A stretch of 39,519 nucleotides of DNA, from positions 1 through 39,519 of the forward strand of contig JAUXUB010000042.1 in the NCBI GenBank assembly GCA_030680955.1, written 5' to 3'. The position numbers and the translations under genes are program-made. The stretch is from a bacterium. Its GTDB lineage: Bacteria; Patescibacteriota; Minisyncoccia; UBA6257; JACOXY01. Shown piece after piece: positions 16,977-26,476 of this stretch (its first letter is position 1; every line of letters begins with the position of its first letter). The notes under the pieces are model-generated. The model did not search any database. It had not been told where the DNA came from and worked only from the letters and a program-made list of their open reading frames with translations.

Positions 16977-17429
16977 ATTAAGATTTAGGAAACCGCCTAC
17001 CAAGCCAACGCAAGATCGGCTCCCCGACCGCTTTATTGAAATTATTATAACCGAGAGCGTCGGGGTTAAGCTAAAGGCCAAAATTTTGGCTGATTTGTCT
17101 ATCTAGAACTCAAAACTTCATTCCAATCTTTACCTCAAGCTAGTATATATCTAAAAATGCGCAATTTCAACATCTGCGCAGACCCCGCCCACAGTATTTT
17201 CCAATGCAAGATGAGCTTGAAATGATTTTATACAAATTATTTCCTGAGCTTGTCGAAGGAACACAACAGTAGTCCCTCGACTCATAAAATTCGCTCGGGA
17301 ACTATATCGTGCTCATTTGCGTTATATCTCATACCCCATTTGGGGCTCATGTTGTATTGGACAAGACTGCTACTGGCATCCGTAAATCTAATCTGATATA
17401 ATTTTACCATTGCGAGACTCGCATGTCAG

Positions 17430-18479
17430 ATGGATACACATATTAAAGTAGAAAAATTAGGAGTAATCTTAAAGCCAACAAAAAATAAATTTGAAAGCAA
17501 GGCTGTTTTGAATCCGTCTATTTATCAGAACGGAAATATTTTACACATGCTCTATAGAGCAATAAACGATAAAGGAATCTCTTCGATCGGCTATGCAAGC
17601 CTTGAAGGTCCCAATAAAATTGTACAAAAATTAAATAAGCCACTCTTATCGCCGAATTTTAAATACGAAAAAAGAGGTGTTGAAGACCCGCGTATAACTA
17701 AGATAGGTAAAAAGTTTTATGTAACTTATGTTGCTCACGACGGCAAGCACGCAGTAACGGCATATGCAGACGGAGATGACTTAATGCATCTAAAAAAGCG
17801 TGGTGTTATTACACCAGAAATCAAATACGACCAAGCCGCTAAATATTTTCGTGAAGGCAGACTCAAAGACAGGTACTTTATGTTTGAGTCTTACTACGAA
17901 GAGCAGGCGGGAAAAGATATTTATGTTTGGGATAAAGATGTAATGTTTTTCCCAAAAAAGTTTGGCGGAAACTTTGCGTTAATACACAGAATCTTACCAG
18001 ACATTCAACTAATATTTTTTAAAAATTTCGACGAAATAAAAAGCGAAGCGTTCTGGAGAGAATATCTAAAAAAACTTTCAAAATATGTCCTTCTCGAAAA
18101 TAGATTTTGGTTTGAATCAAGAAATATCGGCGGCGGCGCAGTTCCAATCGAAACGAAGGATGGATGGCTTTTAATTTTCCACACAGTCGAAGAAGTGAAT
18201 CGTGATAAGATATATCATGCAAGTGCAGCGCTACTCGATTTAAAAAATCCACTAAAAGTAATCGGCCGACTTGATTATCCGCTCTTGTCACCAACAGAGA
18301 AATACGAAAAAGGTGGTTTTCCTTTTAATGTCGTCTTTCCAACTGGTACTGCAATTTTTGGAAATGATTTATATATTTATTACGGCGCAGCTGACTCGTC
18401 TATAGCTTACGCAAGAGTCAATATGAAGGAGTTGGTTAACGAATTAAAACGAATAGGCCCGAGCAATACTGGTCACTAA
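17430..18479 (+). CDS. GH130-family glycoside phosphorylase/hydrolase
   Basis: LNPS.YQNGNILHMLYRA...SSIGYA...GVEDPRITKIG.KFYVTYVAHDG pattern typical of GH130 (DUF377). Confidence 0.8.
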   Translation: MDTHIKVEKLGVILKPTKNKFESKAVLNPSIYQNGNILHMLYRAINDKGISSIGYASLEGPNKIVQKLNKPLLSPNFKYEKRGVEDPRITKIGKKFYVTYVAHDGKHAVTAYADGDDLMHLKKRGVITPEIKYDQAAKYFREGRLKDRYFMFESYYEEQAGKDIYVWDKDVMFFPKKFGGNFALIHRILPDIQLIFFKNFDEIKSEAFWREYLKKLSKYVLLENRFWFESRNIGGGAVPIETKDGWLLIFHTVEEVNRDKIYHASAALLDLKNPLKVIGRLDYPLLSPTEKYEKGGFPFNVVFPTGTAIFGNDLYIYYGAADSSIAYARVNMKELVNELKRIGPSNTGH

Positions 18480-18496
18480 AAAAATATTTTAAATTT

Positions 18497-20731
18497 ATGA
18501 AACTGTCAGGTTTAGAAAGTGAATATATTCTCTATTTAGCCTCTTTCCCTCCTAGAGAGTGCGGCATTGCAACATTTACACAAGATCTCACTACTGCTTG
18601 CGACAAGAAATTAAATCCTGCAATAAAATCACGCATTGCGGCTCTAAATGATGAACGCCATACAATATATAACTACGGTAATAAAGTAGTAGATCAAATT
18701 GTTGCTACAGAGCTTCATGAGTACGTAAAACTTGCAAAAAGAATCAACCTACAGGATGATATAAAAATTGTAAACATTCAGCACGAATTTGGCCTTTTTG
18801 GTGGCGAATGGGGCGACTATATAATCCCCTTTCTTCAGGCACTTGAAAAACCAGTTGTCGTAACATTTCATTCTGTAATGTCAGATCCAGACGATCACCT
18901 CAAAAGTGTTGTCCGCGCTATTGCCGAACACTCAAAGTCTTTAATCGTAATGAACAAGCTTTCTGAAAAGACTTTGATTGCAGACTATAAAGTTCCAAAA
19001 TATAAAATTGCCGTTATTCCTCATGGTATTCCATCTGCCACATTTGAACCAAGCGATATTTCGAAAGAAAAACTAGGGCTAAGTGGCAAAACAGTGCTTT
19101 CTACATTTGGAATGCTTAGCCCAAATAAAGGAATAGAATATGCTATCCGCGCTCTTCCAGAGGTTGTAAAACAATTTCCTAATGTGGTTTATTTAGTGCT
19201 TGGCGAAACTCATCCACTTATTAGAAAATCCAACGGAGAAGAATATAGAAACTTTTTAATAAGTGAGGTTGGACGACTCGGACTAGATAAAAACGTAAAG
19301 TTTTATAATAAATATTTAACTCTTGAAGAAATAGTTTCTTTCCTTAAAGCAACAGATATTTATATTGGACCATCACTTGATATGCAACAATCAGTTTCTG
19401 GTACGCTTTCATATGCTCTTGGATGCGGCAGACCAGTAATCTCTACAGCTTCAGAATATGCTAAATACTTAATAGATAGTAGTGTAGGACTTTTAGTTAG
19501 ACCAAAAAATGAACGTGCCTTAAAAGACGCGATGCTCCAAATGTTACAAGATCCAAGATGGATGAAAAGCTTAAGTGCGCAAGCATATGAAAAATCTCGC
19601 CATATGACTTGGCCTAATGTTGCAGGGGCTCACATGAATTTATATAAAAAATTCGCGGAATTTGGCGAAGAAGAAAAGAAATTGCCAGAACTTAAACTAG
19701 ACCACCTAAAGAGAATGACTGATAGCTTTGGTATTTTGCATTTCGCAAAATATAGTACGCCCGAGACACGTTATGGCTATAACCTAGATGACAATGCTCG
19801 CGCTTTGATTGTAGCGACGCAGAGCTATGCAAAAAACCATTCTGCGGAAATGTTAGACTACATAAAAATTTATTTAGATTATTTTGTTTATGTAATGCGG
19901 TCCGACGGAACTTTTGCCAATATCGTGTCATCTAAACTTGTCAAAGACGGAACAAGGGATGAAGATGTTCAAGGAAGAGCATTTTGGGCTCTTGGTTATG
20001 TGGCCGCACAAAATTCATTACCAAAGGAAATTGTAGACAAGGCAACAATACTTCTAAGGAAAGGGCTTCATAATGTTCGTACACTTAAATCACCTCGAGC
20101 AATAGCATTCACAACAATAGGATTATATTATTTCCTAAAGAGTAACCCCCAGAAGGCTTTAATGAATACATTTATAAAGTTTGCCGATACACTTACTGCG
20201 CTATATAAAAAAAATGCAGAACCCGACTGGCTTTGGTTTGAACCACATCTTACATATTCAAATGCCGCACTTCCAGAAGCGCTTTTCTATGCTTACGAAT
20301 TAGTGAAGGATAAGAAATACCTTAACGTTGCAGAAGAATCACTTTCTTTTCTTAAAGGTATTACATTCTCACAAAAACACTACTCGCCTATTGGCCAAAA
20401 GGGTTGGTTCTTCCGCGATAAAGCACGCGCCTTTTTTGACCAACAACCAGAGGATACCGCTCATATGGTTCAAACAAAACTTACTGCATATAATGTAACT
20501 AATAAAACCGAACACTTTGAAGACGCCTACAAAGCATTCCAGTGGTTTTTGGGTAAAAACTTCTTAAATCAAGTAATTTACGACGAAGCGACAGGTGGCT
20601 GTCACGACGGTTTAGGCAAAGACGGTGTAAACTTAAATCAAGGGTCAGAATCTACAATATCTTATCTTCTGGCTCGGCTAGCGTTTGAAAATATAAATAA
20701 GCCGCAGGCGGAATTAATTCAGGAAATCTAA
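18497..20731 (+). CDS. GT4 glycosyltransferase fused to a C-terminal alpha-helical (toroid-like) domain
   Basis: The N-terminal ~390 aa look like GT4 (..GETHPL.., ..SLDMQQSVSGTLSYALGCGRPVIST..). The C-terminal ~350 aa are helix-rich with W/Y/F repeats and are unassigned. Confidence 0.7.
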   Translation: MKLSGLESEYILYLASFPPRECGIATFTQDLTTACDKKLNPAIKSRIAALNDERHTIYNYGNKVVDQIVATELHEYVKLAKRINLQDDIKIVNIQHEFGLFGGEWGDYIIPFLQALEKPVVVTFHSVMSDPDDHLKSVVRAIAEHSKSLIVMNKLSEKTLIADYKVPKYKIAVIPHGIPSATFEPSDISKEKLGLSGKTVLSTFGMLSPNKGIEYAIRALPEVVKQFPNVVYLVLGETHPLIRKSNGEEYRNFLISEVGRLGLDKNVKFYNKYLTLEEIVSFLKATDIYIGPSLDMQQSVSGTLSYALGCGRPVISTASEYAKYLIDSSVGLLVRPKNERALKDAMLQMLQDPRWMKSLSAQAYEKSRHMTWPNVAGAHMNLYKKFAEFGEEEKKLPELKLDHLKRMTDSFGILHFAKYSTPETRYGYNLDDNARALIVATQSYAKNHSAEMLDYIKIYLDYFVYVMRSDGTFANIVSSKLVKDGTRDEDVQGRAFWALGYVAAQNSLPKEIVDKATILLRKGLHNVRTLKSPRAIAFTTIGLYYFLKSNPQKALMNTFIKFADTLTALYKKNAEPDWLWFEPHLTYSNAALPEALFYAYELVKDKKYLNVAEESLSFLKGITFSQKHYSPIGQKGWFFRDKARAFFDQQPEDTAHMVQTKLTAYNVTNKTEHFEDAYKAFQWFLGKNFLNQVIYDEATGGCHDGLGKDGVNLNQGSESTISYLLARLAFENINKPQAELIQEI

Positions 20732-20734
20732 TAA

Positions 20735-20840
20735 ATAAAATCTTAAATCTCAAATGTATATCTCAAATCTTAAATCTGTTCTAAAAAGATTTGAATTTTA
20801 AGATGTAGTTTTGAGATTTAATTTTTTAGATTTAAGATAT
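20735..20840. repeat. AT-rich periodic-unit hairpin (H4)
   Basis: It shares the 23-nt core with 13725-13747 and has AAATCT/ATCTCAAA units in inverted arrangement. Confidence 0.75.
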
Positions 20841-20841
20841 T

Positions 20842-22062
20842 ATGAAACTTATCGATATAGCATACAAAAAAGCCATTATTGCCCTAGAGCACTGCGCTAA
20901 ACCAGTTGGTTTTTATGCTTCTGGTTTAAAAGGTGGATACGAGGCCATTTGGGCGCGCGACTCAATGACAACTTCACTCGGCGCTTCGCTTGTCCGACTT
21001 CCGATGTCCAAAATATTAATGCCGTCTATTTCCGGACATCGGAAGTCACAAAATTGGGCTTTTAAAAATACTTTCCGGAAAAGCCTAGAAGCCCTTGGCA
21101 ATAATCAAGCCTGGCACGGAGCAATCCCTAACGCGGTTGGCTGTTGGAATAACGAAAGACAATCAGACGTAACATTTAACTCAATTGATTCCAGTTTATG
21201 GTTTATTATCGGGCATTATGTTTACTCATATGCCTACGCAGATAAATCATTAATCAAAAAAAATAAAAGGGAAATAGATGCTGCGCTTAAATGGGTTCAA
21301 TTTCAAGATCCAAATAACGACGGGCTTCCAGTGCAACAACCAACAATGGACTGGGAAGATATCTTCCCTCACAAATATGGCAGAGTTCTAAACACGCAGG
21401 CACTTTACTATGCTGCATTAAAATTTACTGGTGATAACAAAAAAGCTGAGCAGTTGAAAAGAATTGTAAATGGTGAGACACAAAAAACTATTTCGCTCTA
21501 TGATAAAAAGAGAGGTTATTATTCACCTTGGGTTTGGAAATATCACGGACCACTTGGTCGCGAGGAAGAACATTGGTTTGATACACTTGGAAATTTACTT
21601 GCAATTGTAACTGGACTTGCAACACCAGCAATTTCTAAAAACATCTTAAATTATATTGATAAAAATAAAGTTAACCGTCCATTTCCATGTAAGGCGATTT
21701 GGCCGACTATAAAGAAGGGCGACAAAGAATGGCATTGGTACTTTGACTCAGCGGAGTGCAAAAATCCATATCACTATTCAAATGCCGGCATCTGGCCATT
21801 TATTGGTGGATTTTATGTAGCTGCTTTAATAAAAGCGGGACAATTTAAAAAGGCGGAAAAGGAGTTAGAAAAACTGGCCGAAGGAAACAAAGAAGTTCAT
21901 CCAAAAGAAAAACGCGTTAAGGAATATGGTTTCCAAGAATGGCTTCATGGCAAGACTGGTAAGGCCATGGGCGGCTCCTCTGCTTACCAAGGTTGGTCAG
22001 CTGGAACGTATATTTATGCCTATGAATGCGTAAAAAATAAAAAAGTATTATTTTTTAAATAA
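20842..22062 (+). CDS. (alpha/alpha)6-barrel glycoside hydrolase, GDE_C / GH100-invertase-like
   Basis: IWARDS, TMDWEDIFPHKYGRVLNTQALYYAAL, YHYSNAGIWPFIGGFY and QGWSAGTYIYAY motifs. Confidence 0.7.
   Translation: MKLIDIAYKKAIIALEHCAKPVGFYASGLKGGYEAIWARDSMTTSLGASLVRLPMSKILMPSISGHRKSQNWAFKNTFRKSLEALGNNQAWHGAIPNAVGCWNNERQSDVTFNSIDSSLWFIIGHYVYSYAYADKSLIKKNKREIDAALKWVQFQDPNNDGLPVQQPTMDWEDIFPHKYGRVLNTQALYYAALKFTGDNKKAEQLKRIVNGETQKTISLYDKKRGYYSPWVWKYHGPLGREEEHWFDTLGNLLAIVTGLATPAISKNILNYIDKNKVNRPFPCKAIWPTIKKGDKEWHWYFDSAECKNPYHYSNAGIWPFIGGFYVAALIKAGQFKKAEKELEKLAEGNKEVHPKEKRVKEYGFQEWLHGKTGKAMGGSSAYQGWSAGTYIYAYECVKNKKVLFFK
20992..21057 (-). repeat. H1 hairpin copy inserted in frame in the hydrolase CDS (codons 51-72)
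   Basis: The reverse complement CCAATTTTGTGACTTCCGATGTCCGGAAATAGACGGCATTAATATTTTGGACATCGGAAGTCGGACA aligns at about 85% identity with copy 1293-1354. 66 nt = 22 codons. Confidence 0.8.
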
Positions 22063-22080
22063 CATTTATTTTCACAAAAC

Positions 22081-22150
22081 CTCCGACTTCCTCTAATCGG
22101 ATGACCCAAATATTGATGCGTTGGTCTCCGGTCATCTGATTAGTTAATAT
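22081..22150 (-). repeat. H1 hairpin copy (reverse orientation)
   Basis: Arms are CTAATCAGATGACC/GGTCATCCGATTAG. The loop is GGAGACCAACGCATCAATATTTG. Confidence 0.8.
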
Positions 22151-22165
22151 TAGCCTTTAGTTCTA

Positions 22166-23215
22166 ATGCTAAACTTATTCACCCGCTCAAAAAATAATCC
22201 AATCTTAAAACCAAACCCAGAAAATCCTTGGGAGAGTTTAAAAGTTTATAATCCAGGAGCAATTTACGAAGATGAAACATATAATCTTTTTTACCGCGCA
22301 ATGGGCAATGATTGGGTTTCATCAATTGGGCATGCCACCTCTCAAGATGGTGAGAACTTCACACGTGTAAGTAGCACGCCAATCCTTGCGGCAGAATTTG
22401 ATTATGAAAAGAAAGGATTAGAAGACCCTCGTGTAATAAAAGTTGCTGATAACTATTTTATGGCCCATACAGCCTATGATGGGGATTGTGCGCGACTCGC
22501 ACTTGCAACTTCAAGAGATTTAAAAGTATGGGAAAAGCATGGTCCAATTCAAAAAGAATGGGATTGGATAAAACACATAAGTTGGTTGAAATATTTTAAG
22601 GAACTTGTGAAAGCCAGGTTCCATCTTCAAAGAAATTGGTCAAAGGCTGGAGCCATATTTCCTGAAATAATTAATGGTAAATACTTTTTGTTTTTTGGAG
22701 ATCATCACATCTGGCTCTCAACGTCGTCAGACAGTTTAAACTGGGAAATTCCACAAACTCCATTTCTCAAAGCAAGACCAGCACCATTTTTTGATAATGC
22801 TTTTATAGAAATGGGTCCTCCGCCAATCATAACAACAAAGGGCTGGCTTGTTTTATATCACGGAGTTGATTATAAATTTGTCTATCGTTTAGGATTTCTG
22901 CTTTTAGATTTAAATGACCCAACAAAAATATTATATAGATCCACCGAACCAATTTTTGAGCCCCAAGAACCATATGAGCTTAAAGGAATTGTTGATATTT
23001 TGCCAGGTGGATATAAACAAATGGAAAATATGAGCCCCGAAGAACTTAAAACTTTTATAAATAAAATGGATAAATTAGGCAAAATGCCCCGAGTAGCTTT
23101 TGTAAATGGCGCGGTACTTATCGGAGACACGCTTCGCATCTATTACGGCGCCAGTGACTCTGTAATTTGCACCGCTACAGCCAATATAAACGACATTTTG
23201 AATCTCGTTAAATAA
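22166..23215 (+). CDS. GH130-family glycoside phosphorylase/hydrolase (second paralogue)
   Basis: NPGAIYEDETYNLFYRAMG..SSIGHATS.DG..GLEDPRVIKV.DNYFMAHTAYDG. Confidence 0.8.
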   Translation: MLNLFTRSKNNPILKPNPENPWESLKVYNPGAIYEDETYNLFYRAMGNDWVSSIGHATSQDGENFTRVSSTPILAAEFDYEKKGLEDPRVIKVADNYFMAHTAYDGDCARLALATSRDLKVWEKHGPIQKEWDWIKHISWLKYFKELVKARFHLQRNWSKAGAIFPEIINGKYFLFFGDHHIWLSTSSDSLNWEIPQTPFLKARPAPFFDNAFIEMGPPPIITTKGWLVLYHGVDYKFVYRLGFLLLDLNDPTKILYRSTEPIFEPQEPYELKGIVDILPGGYKQMENMSPEELKTFINKMDKLGKMPRVAFVNGAVLIGDTLRIYYGASDSVICTATANINDILNLVK

Positions 23216-23350
23216 ATGTGTAAAAAAACCGTTTTGAGATTTTTACTACCAAACATAACAAGCCTAAGATTATATATTATCCACAGACTACTTGATTGAC
23301 TTTCAGCGTATGGATATGCTATATTATCAGTATCACCAACGAAAAAGATT

Positions 23351-23397
23351 ACCCTATAAGGTCCAGTCCTTATAGGGCCTTTTTTTGTACTCAAGCT
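23351..23397 (+). terminator. rho-independent terminator
   Basis: ACCCTATAAGG-tccagt-CCTTATAGGGC followed by CTTTTTTTG. Confidence 0.75.
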
Positions 23398-23416
23398 TTT
23401 ACGCCGCAATTCTAAA

Positions 23417-24571
23417 TTACAGATTGTAAGCTTTTTTTAAAAGCTTTGTAATTTGCTTTGCTATAATATGATATTCAAATTTTGCCAGAGCATGCTCGGC
23501 GGCGGCTTTACCCATTTTTTCACGCAAATCTTTGTCAGTTAAGAGTTTTAGTAATGATTCAGCGAGAGACTCTACGCTTGCTCTATACGCAAAAGTTTTT
23601 GGTTTATCAAAAATAATTTTATGATCTTCTTCAAAACCCATATCTTTATAAACCCACTCTTCATCAAGTTCTACAGTGTCAGCAACTGGCGACAAAAATC
23701 CTGTAACGCCCTGAATTATTGTTTCCTTTGGACCCATGAGGTCAATTGAGATAACAGGCTTACCACATGCTTGAGCCTCAACTTGTATCATACCAAATCC
23801 TTCAAGACGAGACGGCGCCGCATAAATATCGCAAGTATTGAGCAATACATTCATAAACTCATAAGACATTGGCCCTTCTGCATAAACTATCCGGTTACTA
23901 TCTTCTCCAAGCTCTGCAATAAGCGCTTGCTCGTCATCGAAGTGCGAATCAGCGCTCTCCCCTCCCCAAAGCTTACAAACATATTTCCAAGAAATACCTT
24001 TAGCTTTAAGTTCACCTTGAATTAATTTTAAAGCCTTAAAAATTTCTTGTGCACCCTTCGAAGTAACGTCGCCTCCTGCGGTTAAAATAACAACATCATC
24101 TTCTTCTATGCCAAGCATCGTTTGCATTGTTTTGACCTGAGAATCAGATTTTTTAAGAGGGTGTCTCTGCAGAGGGTCAAAACCAATGTGGGCCACTTCG
24201 AAATTTTTAACATCTGTTCCATCTCTTTCGTAAGTTTCCTTTACCCACTCGCTTGTAACAAGTACTAGTGGAAGCTCGCTTAAATCTTTTTGATAATTTG
24301 CTACCCAACCATCAGCGACAAGCCAAGGCACAGAATTAATTCCAAATTGTTTTGCGTGATGAACAATATCTGGTGTATTATTCCAGAAACCAACACCTAC
24401 TACTACGTCGGGCTTAAAATATTTATAAGTCCATTCTTTTTGAAATTCTGCGCCTATACTACACGGCATAACATCTTCTCCATTTTCTTTCATACCCGTA
24501 TACAAAAAATGGCCCTGCATTGAAAGACCGTCAGGTTCTGGAGGATAAGCATATAGGATTACTGATTTCAT
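23417..24571 (-). CDS. GT4-family glycosyltransferase
   Basis: ..APSRLEGFGMIQVEAQACGKPVIS.. (E-x7-E region) in a 384-aa two-Rossmann-sized protein. Confidence 0.8.
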   Translation of the reverse strand: MKSVILYAYPPEPDGLSMQGHFLYTGMKENGEDVMPCSIGAEFQKEWTYKYFKPDVVVGVGFWNNTPDIVHHAKQFGINSVPWLVADGWVANYQKDLSELPLVLVTSEWVKETYERDGTDVKNFEVAHIGFDPLQRHPLKKSDSQVKTMQTMLGIEEDDVVILTAGGDVTSKGAQEIFKALKLIQGELKAKGISWKYVCKLWGGESADSHFDDEQALIAELGEDSNRIVYAEGPMSYEFMNVLLNTCDIYAAPSRLEGFGMIQVEAQACGKPVISIDLMGPKETIIQGVTGFLSPVADTVELDEEWVYKDMGFEEDHKIIFDKPKTFAYRASVESLAESLLKLLTDKDLREKMGKAAAEHALAKFEYHIIAKQITKLLKKAYNL

Positions 24572-24688
24572 CCCGTTAGAAGCAGATCGCGATTATGGTA
24601 TTACGCGTACTGTTATTAATTGTATAATTCATAATATTTTATTCTAAGACCTATTTTTTAATACAAGCGATCGCGGCTTCTAACGGGA
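24571..24688. repeat. inverted pair of ATCCCGTTAGAAGC motifs (family H5) around an AT-rich loop
   Basis: TCCCGTTAGAAGCAGATCGCG (24571-91) pairs with GCGATCGCGGCTTCTAACGGGA (24667-88). One arm abuts the GT4 start codon. Confidence 0.8.
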
Positions 24689-24769
24689 TTTCATAAATTA
24701 AAAGTTAAAAATCAAATATCAAAATTTTTGATTGTTCGCTTTAAGCGAACTCCACTATTATCTATAAAT

Positions 24770-25492
24770 TTAAACAATTATATTAAACTTCTCTATATCT
24801 CCACAGCTTTTATATTCAAAGGAGTCTGATGTAAAACCATAAATATCCCTAATAATTTTTATCTTTTTTTTATAAATATCCGGTGTTAGCTTAAAACTAT
24901 AATCTGCGTTCTTCTTTGGAAGTGCGTATTTATCACTTTTATGCATTTCGTAGACAAAACAATAAAAGTTTTTAGTTTGTAGTAGATTAGTTTGTAGATG
25001 ATTTTTTACTGCATAATGCACCCCTTTGTGCCTCTTATTGCCATACTCACCATCCTTTGCATGCGTAAAAATGAAGTCATACGATTTCCTTGGTAGTTTA
25101 TTTAAAAGTAGACTTTCTGCCTTTTGACCTAGGGTTTTAATACTTAAACTATCATCATCATCTTCTAAATCAGAAATATATCCCTTGGCGTTAAAGACCT
25201 TGAGTGCTTTTAAAAATCTTTGTTTGCGCTCCTTGTCTCGCGCTCTGCACAAAGCAAAGATTGTCCACTCAATACCACAGTGAGCAAGCATCGCACCTCC
25301 CATCCAAATTGTTTCATCGTCTGGATGCGCGACTACAACGAGCGCACGTCCACGACTAAGATTTATTGCCACAGATATAAGTATAGCGCTCCTCTCGCAC
25401 CGGTGCAACCTCGGTAGTGAAAATGCGAGTGCTTGTATGCATGTGAATGCTCGCACTTCTACTACCCGGCAACTGTCGTAGCTACAACTCAA
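24770..25492 (-). CDS. PIG-L/LmbE-family N-acetylglucosaminyl deacetylase
   Basis: ALVVVAHPDDETIWMGG motif. The real start is more likely the GTG at 25372 (MAINLSRGRALVVV..). Confidence 0.8.
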   Translation of the reverse strand: MSCSYDSCRVVEVRAFTCIQALAFSLPRLHRCERSAILISVAINLSRGRALVVVAHPDDETIWMGGAMLAHCGIEWTIFALCRARDKERKQRFLKALKVFNAKGYISDLEDDDDSLSIKTLGQKAESLLLNKLPRKSYDFIFTHAKDGEYGNKRHKGVHYAVKNHLQTNLLQTKNFYCFVYEMHKSDKYALPKKNADYSFKLTPDIYKKKIKIIRDIYGFTSDSFEYKSCGDIEKFNIIV

Positions 25493-25499
25493 GTAATCA

Positions 25500-26465
25500 T
25501 CACAACAAAATTATAACCTCCTCCTCTAAATCAATTCCGAACTTATCTTTAACTTTATTTTTTGCTAACCAAATTAAATTTTGCACATCACCAGACGTCG
25601 CACCCTGCACGTTAACAATAAAATTGGGGTGCTTTGGTGAAATCATAGCGCCGCCATATGACACACCTCGTAGCCCCACTTCGGAAATAAGTCTAGCGGT
25701 GTGGAGTACTGGGAAAAAATCATCCTTTATAAATTGCTGGACTTTTTTATTATTTTTTTGCACTGAAGAAACTGGAACATTTTTAAAGATACTCCCAATA
25801 TTGGGATATTCTAGTGGATGTTTTTCCTTCCTATAATTTATTTTTTCTTGAATAGCTTTTTTTATTAATTTCTTATCACCTTTTTTAAGTTTAAGAGTAG
25901 CCTCCAAAATAATATACTTATTATTTTTTTTAAATATACTATTCCTGTACGCAAATTTACATTCTTTATTTGTAAACTTTATTACTTTAAATTTTAATAA
26001 ATTTTGCCTTGTAGATTTAGAGGGAATTTCTAACACCTTAACCAATAACAAATTATCTTTAATTTCGCCTCCGAAACAACCAGCATTGCCACGTATGGCA
26101 CCACCTAATGTTCCAGGGAGTCCTCCGGCCCACTCTAGTCCCGACAAACCTTCTTTAACTGTATAATTTAAAATATCTGACATTAATGTTCCAGCACCTA
26201 CTACAACATTCCAACATTCTTGAGAATGTTGGAATGTTGTTTTTATAAAATTAAGATTAGGTTTTATAACCACACCATCAAAACCAGAATCGCTAAAAAG
26301 AATATTTGTTCCACCACCTAAAACAAAAATAGAGAGATCTATCTCCCTGGCGTGGATTATAGCTTTTTTTAATTGTGGAAGGCTATTGGCTTCAAAAAAA
26401 TATCTGGCATTCCCACCAATGCGATAGTTACTAAACTTAGCGAGTGAGATATCGCGCTTTAGCAT
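25500..26465 (-). CDS. murB: UDP-N-acetylenolpyruvoylglucosamine reductase
   Basis: ..YRIGGNARYFFE..VLGGGTNILFSD.GFDGVVI.. and C-terminal ..GGAMISPKHPNFIVN... Start taken at the ATG at 26465 (MLKRD), not the track's 26549. Confidence 0.9.
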   Translation of the reverse strand: MLKRDISLAKFSNYRIGGNARYFFEANSLPQLKKAIIHAREIDLSIFVLGGGTNILFSDSGFDGVVIKPNLNFIKTTFQHSQECWNVVVGAGTLMSDILNYTVKEGLSGLEWAGGLPGTLGGAIRGNAGCFGGEIKDNLLLVKVLEIPSKSTRQNLLKFKVIKFTNKECKFAYRNSIFKKNNKYIILEATLKLKKGDKKLIKKAIQEKINYRKEKHPLEYPNIGSIFKNVPVSSVQKNNKKVQQFIKDDFFPVLHTARLISEVGLRGVSYGGAMISPKHPNFIVNVQGATSGDVQNLIWLAKNKVKDKFGIDLEEEVIILL

Positions 26466-26476
26466 AATAGATAGAC

